Assembly (NCBI GenBank): GCA_963840855.1
Contig: CAWJBB010000085.1
Location: forward strand, 1-64,000
DNA: 64,000 bases
Direction of reading: 5' to 3'
DNA from: an uncultured delta proteobacterium
Lineage (GTDB): Bacteria; Desulfobacterota; Binatia; UBA9968
Shown here: positions 19,914 through 29,726 of the stretch, one piece after another
How the letters are laid out: every line of letters begins with the position of its first letter
Position numbering within the stretch: position 1 is the first letter of the stretch
Program-made: the position numbers and the translations under genes
The notes under the pieces: generated by a model
Seen by the model: the letters and a program-made list of their open reading frames with translations, nothing else
Databases searched by the model: none
What the model was told of the DNA's origin: nothing

Positions 19914-21053
19914 TTGATGCGTCATTGGACTTTCTTATTACTTTTGCTCGGCTGCCTTTCGTGCTCTCTTGCAACAACCGAGCAATCGGAAATTCCGCCC
20001 ACCCTCCCGGTTCTGTCTGATCCCACCGTCCTGGGTACAGATCGATTCAATGTTAATACAGCACTTCAAAATACGGCTCGAAGTAACCAAAATATTTACG
20101 AAAGCATATATAAAGTCAATTTTGGCCCACAGGTGGTAAACATCCGAGCATCCTATCGCGAAAGACCGGATCTGAACATCAATTTATTAAACAGCGACCT
20201 AGCGACGGACAATATACAGCGCTATTTTGACCTGCGCGCGACATCGGCCTTGGCCGGCACCAGTCTAGTCGGCGAAGGCGAAATTGCCTATAGCGCGCTC
20301 AATTCCTTCGACGGGACCATGCAGCCCGGAATGGTTCGTTTCGGGCTTAAGCACCGCTGGAGGGATCTTACTTACGGCGCCGATTACAAATCCATCGCGA
20401 AAGGATACACGCCCATCGCGGGTACGATTGCGGATCAGTCACGGGACGAAGCGCAAATCTGGGGCGAACATAGCCTGGGCCCTTTTAACTTCCGCGGCGC
20501 CATCGGCGAGTCATGGGAACGAGTGATCGATGCGGCCGACCTTCGCGTGACTCGATCGGCGGCGGCCGCGATTCAAATCAACCGTGGTCAATGGGGTGGA
20601 TCGTTCTCCACGAGCTATGGATTGATTGGCCAAGGCTCGGCCTCGAACGAAGAAAGCACAGTGTTTATCAAAAGGCTCACGACCTCATATCGTCCGAGCG
20701 ACTTCCTGGTGCTGGAACCTAACTTCAGTCTCAAGCAAGAGTGGAATCAAAGTACGGGTGTGAGGACCCAAACTCCCACCACAGGGCTATCGTTAACCTA
20801 CTCCCCTCTTCAAAGCGCGATTCGATTAACCGGTGGGGCTTCCTTCAGCCGAATCTTTAACAGAGACGGATCCAACGACGTCAGTGTTCATGGAACATCG
20901 GCAGTAGTGGATTGGAAAATCGGGAAATTTCTAGGGCGTAACGACACCCTGTCCTTCACTTTCAGTTATGATAGGCAGCTCGATCATGTTTTTCGCGCCA
21001 ATTCCCACGAAGGCCTATCAAGCATGCTGCAATTCAAAATCGCCGGCTTCTGA
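19914..21053 (+). CDS. Hypothetical exported, probably outer-membrane beta-barrel, protein
   Basis: Hydrophobic signal with Cys, amphipathic beta-strand pattern and C-terminal Phe. Confidence 0.55.
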   Translation: MMRHWTFLLLLLGCLSCSLATTEQSEIPPTLPVLSDPTVLGTDRFNVNTALQNTARSNQNIYESIYKVNFGPQVVNIRASYRERPDLNINLLNSDLATDNIQRYFDLRATSALAGTSLVGEGEIAYSALNSFDGTMQPGMVRFGLKHRWRDLTYGADYKSIAKGYTPIAGTIADQSRDEAQIWGEHSLGPFNFRGAIGESWERVIDAADLRVTRSAAAAIQINRGQWGGSFSTSYGLIGQGSASNEESTVFIKRLTTSYRPSDFLVLEPNFSLKQEWNQSTGVRTQTPTTGLSLTYSPLQSAIRLTGGASFSRIFNRDGSNDVSVHGTSAVVDWKIGKFLGRNDTLSFTFSYDRQLDHVFRANSHEGLSSMLQFKIAGF

Positions 21054-21208
21054 GGCAAAACGTCGTCGCGAGGCTCGCTCGAGAGCTCGATCACAGCGGT
21101 TTTATTGACCGGCTCTACCGCGCTTACGGCGTAAAATAGTAGATTTCTAGTTCTTAGTTCCGGGTTTCTGGTTATCCCGAACAATCCGGATCTCAAACTA
21201 GAAACATG

Positions 21209-21724
21209 TTAATTCCGTGATTCGAAAGCCAGAGTCGCATAGCGCATGTAAATGCCGCCTCGCGGTTCGGCCAGCGGACCGTTCGCCACCAGGCAAGCGA
21301 TGACATGTTTGCTCCCAGGCACGGCCTTTTCGATTACCTCTACTCGCTGTGGCGCGTTGATGCCGACGATGATACCGCCGGCGCGGTCGATTTTCCCGTC
21401 GATCCAAATCTCGCCGTAGTTGTCGACGTTGGTCTCGAAAAACACCCGGGAATCCGCCACGGCGACGCCGTCGATCTCTGCGGGGATCTCCACGGTGATG
21501 CGGTACCAGCCGAAAGTGAAGCCTTTTGAGATACTCTGCCGGATGTTTTTGCAAACCTCCCACCTGGAGTCGTCATAATCGGCCAGACGCGCGGGAGTAT
21601 CCACGAGCTGCGCCACCAGCCCTTCGTTGGGCTCGCCCGGCACCAGCCCGGGGCCGATGCGCCATTGTCCCTTGACCTTCTGACGATCTGCTTCTTTGTT
21701 CAAGTCCAAAGTGATGCGCGGCAT
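21209..21724 (-). CDS. Hypothetical protein with a galactose-binding-like jelly-roll domain
   Basis: YDDSRW, GWYR..VEIP and VDNYGEIWIDG resemble GH2 sugar-binding domains; RBS aggagg before 21724. Confidence 0.6.
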   Translation of the reverse strand: MPRITLDLNKEADRQKVKGQWRIGPGLVPGEPNEGLVAQLVDTPARLADYDDSRWEVCKNIRQSISKGFTFGWYRITVEIPAEIDGVAVADSRVFFETNVDNYGEIWIDGKIDRAGGIIVGINAPQRVEVIEKAVPGSKHVIACLVANGPLAEPRGGIYMRYATLAFESRN

Positions 21725-22008
21725 GTTTTCCTCCTGGTTAAACTTTCGCGAATATATCCTTTTCAACCCGGCGGAGATTTTCGGCGATGGACTTTAGATT
21801 TCTCCTTTTCCATGGTCGTCAGTCCGGACGCGTTTATTTCGACATCGCGAAAGCAGCATTATTTCTCATGGTAACAGCCGCCCAATAACTATCAGGTTGA
21901 CCTTTAAATCGCCAGGAGAGCGCGGATAATTTTGCCGGTGCTTAATTCCGTTACCGCTTCAATCCAACCCGTTTTGGATTCGCAGAAAGTTAAATTTCTC
22001 CACTCCCA

Positions 22009-22884
22009 TCAAACTAACGCACGCAGCCAACTACCGACGATCACACCAAGGGTCGCGCCGCCGCATATCCACTGGACGACAAGAACCGGCGGCCGAGGCG
22101 AGACGAGCGCGATGAGAAAGCCTAAGCCGCCGCCGATCAGAAAACCCAAAAGGTGAGCCAAGACATCGATCCGACCGCTGCCTGTGCCTAACATTCCAAG
22201 CAGCGCCAGTGCCGCGGCGACGGCGATCCAAGCGCGCCGTTTGTCTCGACTTTCCCGGCTGCGCCGAACCATGGCGAGGCTGCCGAGAATACCGACGGCG
22301 CCAAAGACCGCCGTAGACGCGCCCACCGAGTCATGAGGTGAACCCTGAATAAAAGCGTTGGCGAGATTACCCCCCGCGCCGGCCAACAATACCAGCGCGC
22401 CGGCAACCCCTACGCCCAGCTGTCCGGATGCGGCGCCAAAGAAAACGGCAAGAGCAAAAGCGTTACTGACCGCGTGAGCAGAGTCGCCGTGTAAGCTGAG
22501 TGCCGTCACGCTGCGCCATAGCTCGCCGTCAATTATCCGGCCGGCGTTTGCGCTGCCGAGTTCGAGCCAAAGTAGCTTCGAGTTCCACACAACGGTCACA
22601 ATGAAAAATCCGAGGAGAAGTAATCCAACCAACGTTGCCGCGAGCAAATCTGTAGCTCGTGGCGCCGCCTCTCGCCGTTGCGCTTTCGCCGGGGTTTCCT
22701 TTTCATACGCCGCAAGCCCGGCGAGCGCTTTGTCCGCCTCATGGGAAGGCACGGCAAGCACGATGCCATCCAGCGTCCGGCGAATTCGAGGCGAAAGCCC
22801 CTGGGCTAATAGAACCAGCTCCCAGTCACGCGCTAACGCTTCGTCGCGCGCCACGCGAAGAATAGTTTCGGAATCGTCGGTCAT
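22009..22884 (-). CDS. Rhomboid intramembrane serine protease
   Basis: WR..TA..LH, H..SN, SVGAS.AVFG and AHL.GF motifs. Confidence 0.92.
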   Translation of the reverse strand: MTDDSETILRVARDEALARDWELVLLAQGLSPRIRRTLDGIVLAVPSHEADKALAGLAAYEKETPAKAQRREAAPRATDLLAATLVGLLLLGFFIVTVVWNSKLLWLELGSANAGRIIDGELWRSVTALSLHGDSAHAVSNAFALAVFFGAASGQLGVGVAGALVLLAGAGGNLANAFIQGSPHDSVGASTAVFGAVGILGSLAMVRRSRESRDKRRAWIAVAAALALLGMLGTGSGRIDVLAHLLGFLIGGGLGFLIALVSPRPPVLVVQWICGGATLGVIVGSWLRALV

Positions 22885-22952
22885 TGCCGATGGCCCCTTT
22901 TTACTTTAACTATTCTAACAAAGGCCTGCCACCATAGGGTACTATAGCAGTT

Positions 22953-24011
22953 ATGGAGAGCGCTGAAGTTTTGCTGATGCCGCAGATCTCCGACGAGGGG
23001 CTGCGGCGAATTCAGAACGTCGACCGCCGGGTCAACATTATCGACGCCAGGGGATGGTTCGACATCGAGCTTCGCGCCACATGGCCGCAGTGGACCGTCG
23101 ATAGGTATCTCGGCGCCAGAAAATTTCCCGCCACCAGCATCGAGGAGCGCAACCACGCTCTGGCCTCGGCTCAGATCGTGCTCACCGGTTGGCCGCCGCT
23201 GAAAAATTTAAGAGCCCGCGCGCCGCGCTTGCAATGGGTCCATGAGCTTCCCGCCGGGGCGAGCAATTTTCTCGGCACCGATCTTTGGGACTCCGATGTG
23301 TTGGTGACCACTTCGCGCGGGCTAAACAACAGGCGGCCCATGGCCGAGTACGTGTTAGCGAGCTTTCTCCACTTTGCCCGCGGCCTGCACTTGAGCTATC
23401 GGGACCAAAGGCGCCAGCTTTTCGATCATCGAACCTACGATCCGGTAATAGTTCGCGATAAGACGGTCTGCGTTGTCGGCGCGGGCGGTATCGGCCAAGA
23501 GGTGGCAAACCTCTGTGCGGGAGCGGGGATGCGGGTGGTCGGCACGCGCCGGCAGGTGGCTTCGGGGGCATCACTTCCGCCGGGTTTTGCGCGATTAGAA
23601 TCCTCGCACCTTCTGCATAGCCTGCTCGGCGAGAGCGAGTTCGTGGCCGTTTGTTGTCAATGGACCAAAGAGACGACGCACCTGATCGGCGCCCCAGCTT
23701 TTGCCGCGATGAAATCAGGAACGACATTGGTCAATATCGCGCGCGGTGAGATCATCGACGAAGCAGCTCTGTTGCATGCTTTGGCTGAGGGAAAGCTGCG
23801 CGGCGTCGCCCTGGACGTCTACGACGGCGAGTTCGAGCGGCCGCCCGATGCGCGCCTGTGGCACGATCCGCGCGTCGTGATCACGCCCCACGTATCGGCC
23901 CTGACGGACGTCTCCGAGCACGGCGGGGTGAAGTTATTCTGCGACAACCTGGCTCGTTATCTGGAAGGGCTGCCTTTGGAGAATCTCATAGACTGGGCGC
24001 GTGGATATTAA
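22953..24011 (+). CDS. D-2-hydroxyacid dehydrogenase family protein
   Basis: GAGGIG, NIARG, LDVY..E and TPHVS motifs. Confidence 0.92.
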   Translation: MESAEVLLMPQISDEGLRRIQNVDRRVNIIDARGWFDIELRATWPQWTVDRYLGARKFPATSIEERNHALASAQIVLTGWPPLKNLRARAPRLQWVHELPAGASNFLGTDLWDSDVLVTTSRGLNNRRPMAEYVLASFLHFARGLHLSYRDQRRQLFDHRTYDPVIVRDKTVCVVGAGGIGQEVANLCAGAGMRVVGTRRQVASGASLPPGFARLESSHLLHSLLGESEFVAVCCQWTKETTHLIGAPAFAAMKSGTTLVNIARGEIIDEAALLHALAEGKLRGVALDVYDGEFERPPDARLWHDPRVVITPHVSALTDVSEHGGVKLFCDNLARYLEGLPLENLIDWARGY

Positions 24012-24032
24012 GCGGGAACGTTCGAGCGCCGT

Positions 24033-25451
24033 TCAAATGATCTTCTTGCTTCTTATTGAAGTGACCAACGGGATGAGACTGATTCCAAGGGCGAACAGAT
24101 AGGTCACGTTCATCGAGGCGACGAAAACTTGAGCGTCTGCCGGGTTGGGCGTTGACGCCGGGTCCCCTGAATAGAAGCGGAAGGCCAGCGTCAATAAAAT
24201 CCCGCTCAGCGAGATGCCGAGCATGTGTCCCAGGCCAAAGATCCCATTGATAATGCCTATAGCGATCCCCCAATGTTCTTTCGGGAGCGAACTCACCATA
24301 ACGGCTTGTGATGGCGTGTTAAAAAATGCCGATCCGATCCCCGTAAGCGCGAGCATGGTGGTGGGCAAGCTCCAATGGGAGTCGGCCCGCAGGTTAACGC
24401 CGATTAAAAACGCAACCAACAAGATAAGCACGCCCGTGATCAAGAGAAAGCGGGCACCGATACGGTCGGTCATGGCCCCGCTTACGGGCGAAAGCACCAT
24501 GCTGAGTAGCGACGGGATGAGAAAGATAATCCCGATGAACGTCGGCGTGAGCTTTAGCACGTCCTGGAGATAGAAAGGCGCGATAAACGTCGTAAGCCCT
24601 TGAGTGATGCAGGACATGAGCAGACCAAGGGAGCCATAGCCAAAAGCAGAGATCGAGAAAAAAGAGAGATCGATCATCGGGCTCGGGGTCTTCTTCTCAT
24701 GGGCGACAAAACTCCACAGCGTTCCGACAAAAGCTAAACCAAGCAGCGCCTGGTTGCCGGCGCCCACGACCGCGGCAATTTTTTGATCCAGGAGCATAGT
24801 GACGAGAATCGTTAATCCAAAAAAGAGCAACGCGCCCCGGTAATCAACCGAACGGGATCGCGCAGCGGACTGCGCAGCGGAGCGTCCGGTCATGTAGGAG
24901 AGCGCGATGCCAACCAGGCTCGGCAGGAACAACAAGAAGAAGATCCCGCGCCAGTGAATCAGATCGATGATGAGACCGCCGATGGGCGGGCCAACAAAAA
25001 ACCCAAACTGGTGCGACATGGACATGAGTCCCTGGGCCTTTCCCTCGGATCCCTCTGGCATGGCCCTGAAGGCCAGGGTGCGGCCGGAAGACTGAATCAT
25101 CGCGCCGCCTACTCCTTGCAAGAATCGAAACAGGATCAGTTGAAAAACATCCTGCGAGAGCCCGCAGAGAAGCGAGCCAACGGCCATCATGGCCATGCCA
25201 AAGCCGTACAACTTGTTATGGCCATATATGTCGCCCAAGCGACCGCAAACGACGCCCAACCCGATCCCGGCCACCTGATAAACTATGAGCGCCCAAGAAA
25301 TCCCAAGGATGTCCGTCCCCAGCGCGGTCGCCAGGGTCGGCACGGAGATCATAAATATCCTGGTAGAAAGCCCGGCTATGGAAATCCCGATTATAGAATT
25401 TATCAGGGTAAGCCGGCGGACCCTTTTGTTTACCTGAGTTTGATCTTGCAA
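24033..25451 (-). CDS. MFS transporter (DHA2/EmrB-like)
   Basis: GRLGDIYG, RFLQGVGG, GPPIGG and WRGIF motifs; many TM segments. Confidence 0.9.
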   Translation of the reverse strand: MQDQTQVNKRVRRLTLINSIIGISIAGLSTRIFMISVPTLATALGTDILGISWALIVYQVAGIGLGVVCGRLGDIYGHNKLYGFGMAMMAVGSLLCGLSQDVFQLILFRFLQGVGGAMIQSSGRTLAFRAMPEGSEGKAQGLMSMSHQFGFFVGPPIGGLIIDLIHWRGIFFLLFLPSLVGIALSYMTGRSAAQSAARSRSVDYRGALLFFGLTILVTMLLDQKIAAVVGAGNQALLGLAFVGTLWSFVAHEKKTPSPMIDLSFFSISAFGYGSLGLLMSCITQGLTTFIAPFYLQDVLKLTPTFIGIIFLIPSLLSMVLSPVSGAMTDRIGARFLLITGVLILLVAFLIGVNLRADSHWSLPTTMLALTGIGSAFFNTPSQAVMVSSLPKEHWGIAIGIINGIFGLGHMLGISLSGILLTLAFRFYSGDPASTPNPADAQVFVASMNVTYLFALGISLIPLVTSIRSKKII

Positions 25452-25684
25452 ATTCGCGGCTGGACCTATCCGGTTGATGAATTGTCGTAATAGAGGAGCC
25501 GAGAAAGGGTTCGCGTCCCCTTACTCCCCGGCTTCAGTTGCGGAATACAGTCGCTATAGTCTGGTTCGAACCTATGTGACTTCGAACGACGTTTAGCAGA
25601 AACGATTCAACGAGGAGGCCCGAAAAATATCTGCGCGAAGCCTCTTGCCATCCGAGCCGACCGACTTTAGGAACTCGGCGCCGA

Positions 25685-25975
25685 TTAGCCGAACGCCGTT
25701 TCGACTTCGCGTACTTCCATCTTCGCGACATTCGCGCCCAATTTGATCCCGGCCGACGCGACTTCCGCCTGGAATGCCTTGCCTTTCGCTTCAAGGTCCG
25801 CTTTGTCTTTGTAGGTCCTGACCCAGATAAACTCGTTCTGCGGACGGTTCACCCAAGTGCCGACAATCGGCACGCCGATGCGCTCGTGCACTGCCATGAC
25901 CTCCTCTTTGAAGTGCTTGAGGAAGGCGTCCATCTCGCCCTTGTTGATAGTATAAATGCGAATCTGTGACAGCAT
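25685..25975 (-). CDS. NIPSNAP family protein
   Basis: QIRIYTI..G.M..F, GTW and FIWVR.Y pattern. Confidence 0.75.
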   Translation of the reverse strand: MLSQIRIYTINKGEMDAFLKHFKEEVMAVHERIGVPIVGTWVNRPQNEFIWVRTYKDKADLEAKGKAFQAEVASAGIKLGANVAKMEVREVETAFG

Positions 25976-26128
25976 ATCGATCCTCCTCCGTTGTTACTAT
26001 CCGTTGCGCTGCGCCGGCTGAGTCGGCGCACCAAAGCAGCCCGCCAACCGCCGTTTCGAGACAGAAATATCCGAGTACGGCGTCTCATGTCAACTTGGTT
26101 TGACGCTAGTGGTTCAGTTTGATTCTCT

Positions 26129-26968
26129 TTACCGCGCGATCTTTTCAATCCGCTCGATTTCTTGGCTGGACAGTGCGAGTTGTTCGGCTTGAAGGTCCTC
26201 TTTCATATGCTGTTCGCTCGTCGTTCCGGTCAACGGCAGCATGCCGATTTGCATGGCAAACCGAAAGATGATCTGCGCGGGACCAGCGCCTAACCGCCTG
26301 GCGATTTTCTGAATTTCCGGATAAATGAGGACTTCTCGATTGGCGGTCAACAGCGAAAAGCCTTGATAGATGATGCCGTGGGCTTGGCAAATCTCCCTGA
26401 CCTCTTTGTCCCAGCCGAGCGCGGCATAACAGCGGTTTTGCACCACCATGGGTTTAACATTTGCCTGTTCACAAAGCTCTGCGAGTTGACCGGCCGCGAC
26501 ATTGCTTATGCCGATCATTTTAGTTTTCCCGGATTGATAAATACCTTCCATCGCCGCCCACACCTCCCAATCTGCTTCGCCCAAGCCCCGGCGCGAAAAA
26601 GGCGCGTGTAAGACATAGGAGTCCACATAGTCGGTGCATAGGTGGCTCAACGAGCTGTCAAAGGACTGTCTCACTTGGGTTGTGAGATCGGCCGAGGCAT
26701 CGTAGGGGGTTCGATGGTCCTGACCGTCCACCGAAGTAAACTTGGTTTGGAGAAACAGGGTGTCTCGTTTGATGCCTTTCTTCCCGAGTGCCTGCAAAGC
26801 TTCACCCACCAGAGCTTCCTGGTAATGGATCAGTTGATTGGCCGTGTCGATGGCCGTGAAACCTGACTCCACTGCTAATTGAACTAATTGCGTAGTGGCC
26901 TCTTCTTTCCAGGCCGTGCCATACATGAAAGACGGAATAGGAACCTGGTTATAGGCTTTCAATATCAT
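26129..26968 (-). CDS. Aldo/keto reductase
   Basis: YGTAW, GF.AIDTA, LQTKF, IGISN and VVQNR motifs. Confidence 0.9.
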   Translation of the reverse strand: MILKAYNQVPIPSFMYGTAWKEEATTQLVQLAVESGFTAIDTANQLIHYQEALVGEALQALGKKGIKRDTLFLQTKFTSVDGQDHRTPYDASADLTTQVRQSFDSSLSHLCTDYVDSYVLHAPFSRRGLGEADWEVWAAMEGIYQSGKTKMIGISNVAAGQLAELCEQANVKPMVVQNRCYAALGWDKEVREICQAHGIIYQGFSLLTANREVLIYPEIQKIARRLGAGPAQIIFRFAMQIGMLPLTGTTSEQHMKEDLQAEQLALSSQEIERIEKIAR

Positions 26969-27041
26969 AATGTTTCCTCCCGTTTTGCCCGCCTGTCTTT
27001 CGGGCTATAGTGAACTACCCTGCAGTTTGCTGGAGAGAAGT

Positions 27042-28055
27042 TCATTGTTTCTGGCGAGTGGACGCGAGCGCGTCCGGGTTCACCAAGTTGGTCGGGCGGG
27101 CCTCAAAATAGGCGAGAATATTGTCCACCACTAATGCTGCGGCGCGCTTGTAGGATTCGACGGTTTGCCAAGCAATATGCGGTGTAAGAACAGTATTCGG
27201 AGCCGCAAAAATCGGATCGTCATCTTTTACCGGTTCAGTACCGCACAAATCCAGCGCGGCGCCGGCAAGATTGCCGCTGCCGAGTGCTTTTGCCACAGCT
27301 AAACGGTCGACAATACCTTCCCAGGAGATATCGATGAGAAAAGCGCTTGGCTTCATCCAGCCCAGGCGCTTTTCATTGATGAACCCGCGTGAGAAATTAG
27401 ACCTCCGTAAATGTACAGAAAGAATGTCGGAGGCGCGAAAGAGCTCTTCTTCGTTCACCATTTTGACTCTCGAAGCCAGGGCGCGCTCAGGCGTTAAAGT
27501 TGGTCCCCAAGCGATCACTTCAAGTCCAAACGCAGGAGCGCGCGCAGCTACTGCGCTTCCAGTTCTCCCCAGTCCGAGGATTCCCAAAATTTTCCCTTCA
27601 AGCTCCACTCCCGCTGAATATTCCCAGAGCCTTTGCCGTACAGAAAAATCTAGGTGAGGAATTCGGCGCGCAAGGGCTAGCATCATCCCGAAGACATGTT
27701 CGGCCACTGACGACGTCGAAGTCCCCGGGGCCTGCGCGACCACGATCCCCAGTTCCGTCGCTGCGCCAATGTCTATACGGTGCGGGCCCGTGTATGCAAT
27801 CAGGCGCAGTTGCGGGAGCGAGGCGAGCGTTTCTCGACTCAAGACCGTACGGTCGCGGATGACCACCGCCACGGAAGCGTCACCTAACCGCTGCACCAAG
27901 GCGCCGGTATCCACCGCGATTTCGGAGTGAATGACTACATCCGCAAAACCGTCGAGGCGAGCAAGCTCGCCGGATTTTCGGAAGGCATGGTCAACGTCAT
28001 CACATACTATAACCTTAAACATTTCTTTCACTCCTGTGGAGTTTAAACTCTTCAT
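27042..28055 (-). CDS. D-2-hydroxyacid dehydrogenase family protein
   Basis: VAEH, GLGRTG, MKPSAFLI, GAALD and TPHIAW motifs. Confidence 0.9.
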   Translation of the reverse strand: MKSLNSTGVKEMFKVIVCDDVDHAFRKSGELARLDGFADVVIHSEIAVDTGALVQRLGDASVAVVIRDRTVLSRETLASLPQLRLIAYTGPHRIDIGAATELGIVVAQAPGTSTSSVAEHVFGMMLALARRIPHLDFSVRQRLWEYSAGVELEGKILGILGLGRTGSAVAARAPAFGLEVIAWGPTLTPERALASRVKMVNEEELFRASDILSVHLRRSNFSRGFINEKRLGWMKPSAFLIDISWEGIVDRLAVAKALGSGNLAGAALDLCGTEPVKDDDPIFAAPNTVLTPHIAWQTVESYKRAAALVVDNILAYFEARPTNLVNPDALASTRQKQ

Positions 28056-28113
28056 TCATGGATACAAGCCTGTTAGTCACTGGTCTTTTCGGTGACATGA
28101 CGCGTCCGGGTGC

Positions 28114-28641
28114 TCAGGCAAATCCGACTACGCCTGCCAGCGCGCCGGCGGCGAGCAGCCACAGCGGGTTCCATGGAGTGCGCAGGACCAGCGCTACGGT
28201 GAGGAGTGTGATCAGGTACCCGCGCCAGTCGTGGGTCGCCGCCCGCATCAGTATCGTCGCGCTCGCGAACATCAGCCCAATCGTAATCGGCAACAGGCCT
28301 TGGCGAATGGCACGGCCGATCGGAGCATCGGGATAACGGTCGTTCAAGTGCCCGACAAGCAACGAAAGCGTGGTAGCCAGCACGAGAAGTGGGATCGTCG
28401 TCGCGGCTGCGCCCGCCCACCCAGCCACATGCCAGCCGATAAGCGTGACGTACATGAAGTTGGGGCCAGGCGCCACCTGGGCCAACGTGTAGATCTCAGC
28501 AAACTCTACGCTCGTCATCAGGTGATGCACTTCCACCATGTAGCGGTGGATGTCTGGCAGGATCGCCGACGGACCACCGACGGCCACGCACCAGAGGGCC
28601 AAAAAATGGAGAAACAGCGCGCTGAGGTCGATCCGGTCCAT
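28114..28641 (-). CDS. Short-chain chromate transporter (CHR), subunit 2
   Basis: AVGG and LAQVAPGPN motifs; ATGA overlap with the upstream paralog. Confidence 0.88.
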   Translation of the reverse strand: MDRIDLSALFLHFLALWCVAVGGPSAILPDIHRYMVEVHHLMTSVEFAEIYTLAQVAPGPNFMYVTLIGWHVAGWAGAAATTIPLLVLATTLSLLVGHLNDRYPDAPIGRAIRQGLLPITIGLMFASATILMRAATHDWRGYLITLLTVALVLRTPWNPLWLLAAGALAGVVGFA

Positions 28642-29195
28642 CACTCCTTCTCTTTCCAGGCCGCGGCGACGGCCCAGGGCGCGAGGGCACCCATGACCCA
28701 TAGGAGCGGCCAGCGCATAACGCCGACGCCAATAAAGGCGAGCGCGCCGAAGAGCCACGGCCGCCAGTGCCGGGGCAACACCATCGCCGATTTGAGTGCG
28801 GTGGAGAGCAGCAGGCCCGCTGCCACAATCGACATGCCGGCAAGCGCGCGCTGCACCTGCGGCAGGGCGCCGTAATGTTGGTATAGTACACCCATGCCGA
28901 TGACCACCAGACACGGCCAGCCCAAGAAACCGACGACGGACGCCGCGGCACCAGTCCAGCCGGCGAAACGATACCCGACCATCACCGTCAAATTTAGTCC
29001 GGGTGCCCCAGGCAGGAGCTGTCCGAGCGTTAGCAATTCCACAAACTCCGGCTCAGTGATCCAGCGCCGTTGTTCGACCAGCGTGCGTCGCGCCCAGAAT
29101 ATCACACCGCCAAAGCCAGACAGGGTAATCCGGGAGAAGGTGAGGAACAACGCGAACCGGGTCACGTGCGGCCTGTGTGCCTCTTTTTGCTTCAC
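28641..29195 (-). CDS. Short-chain chromate transporter (CHR), subunit 1
   Basis: SGFGG, RRWITE.EF and GQLLPG motifs. Confidence 0.9.
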   Translation of the reverse strand: MKQKEAHRPHVTRFALFLTFSRITLSGFGGVIFWARRTLVEQRRWITEPEFVELLTLGQLLPGAPGLNLTVMVGYRFAGWTGAAASVVGFLGWPCLVVIGMGVLYQHYGALPQVQRALAGMSIVAAGLLLSTALKSAMVLPRHWRPWLFGALAFIGVGVMRWPLLWVMGALAPWAVAAAWKEKE

Positions 29196-29306
29196 GGCTT
29201 TTTGACTTCCCTATGGCGACGCATGTGTCGCATGACTATCAAACTTGCTTCTCCCGGGAAATCAGTCCGAGTCCTACAGCCTATCAAGATGCGAGCCCGC
29301 AGCGTG

Positions 29307-29465
29307 TCAGAGATTTGCGGCGATTTAGCGGAATTGTTCGAGGGCGGCTCCGAGGTCTTCGACGATTTTCTGGGTGAGCACACCGGGGTCGGGGAGGTTA
29401 TCCGATTCTTTGAGGCTATCGCCTCTGAGCCAGCAAACATCCAAGTTGGCTTTCCGGCGCTTAGC
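29307..29465 (-). pseudogene. Degenerate 3' fragment of type I R-M hsdM
   Basis: KANLDVCWLRGDSLKESDNLPDPGVLTQKIVEDLGAALEQFR aligns with KVNLDIFWLKDESLEDSANLPAPDIIAAEIMEDLQAALEQFS at about 48010-48135. Confidence 0.85.
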
Positions 29466-29537
29466 TCGGAAGTTCAAAAATTTCGAATGTCCTCTCTTCT
29501 CTCGCAAACTTCTGCTCATTCCCGAATGGCGAGAGTA

Positions 29538-29672
29538 AACACGCTGTTGAAAAACGTTCTGCCATGTTTCGACAGGCTCAGTAGGAACGGAAATTAATCA
29601 ACAATACTGACTGCGCCCCGTTCGCCCTGAGCTGCGTCGAAGGGTGAACGGGAGTTTTTCAACAGCCTGTAA
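29538..29672. mobile_element. MITE-like palindromic element
   Basis: Terminal IR gctgttgaaaaac / gtttttcaacagc encloses an inner IR ttcgacaggctcag / ctgagctgcgtcgaa. Confidence 0.6.
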
Positions 29673-29726
29673 GGACCTGACACTTACAAGGCGACCACCG
29701 CGCTGTTCCAGCCCTGGCCGAACGCC

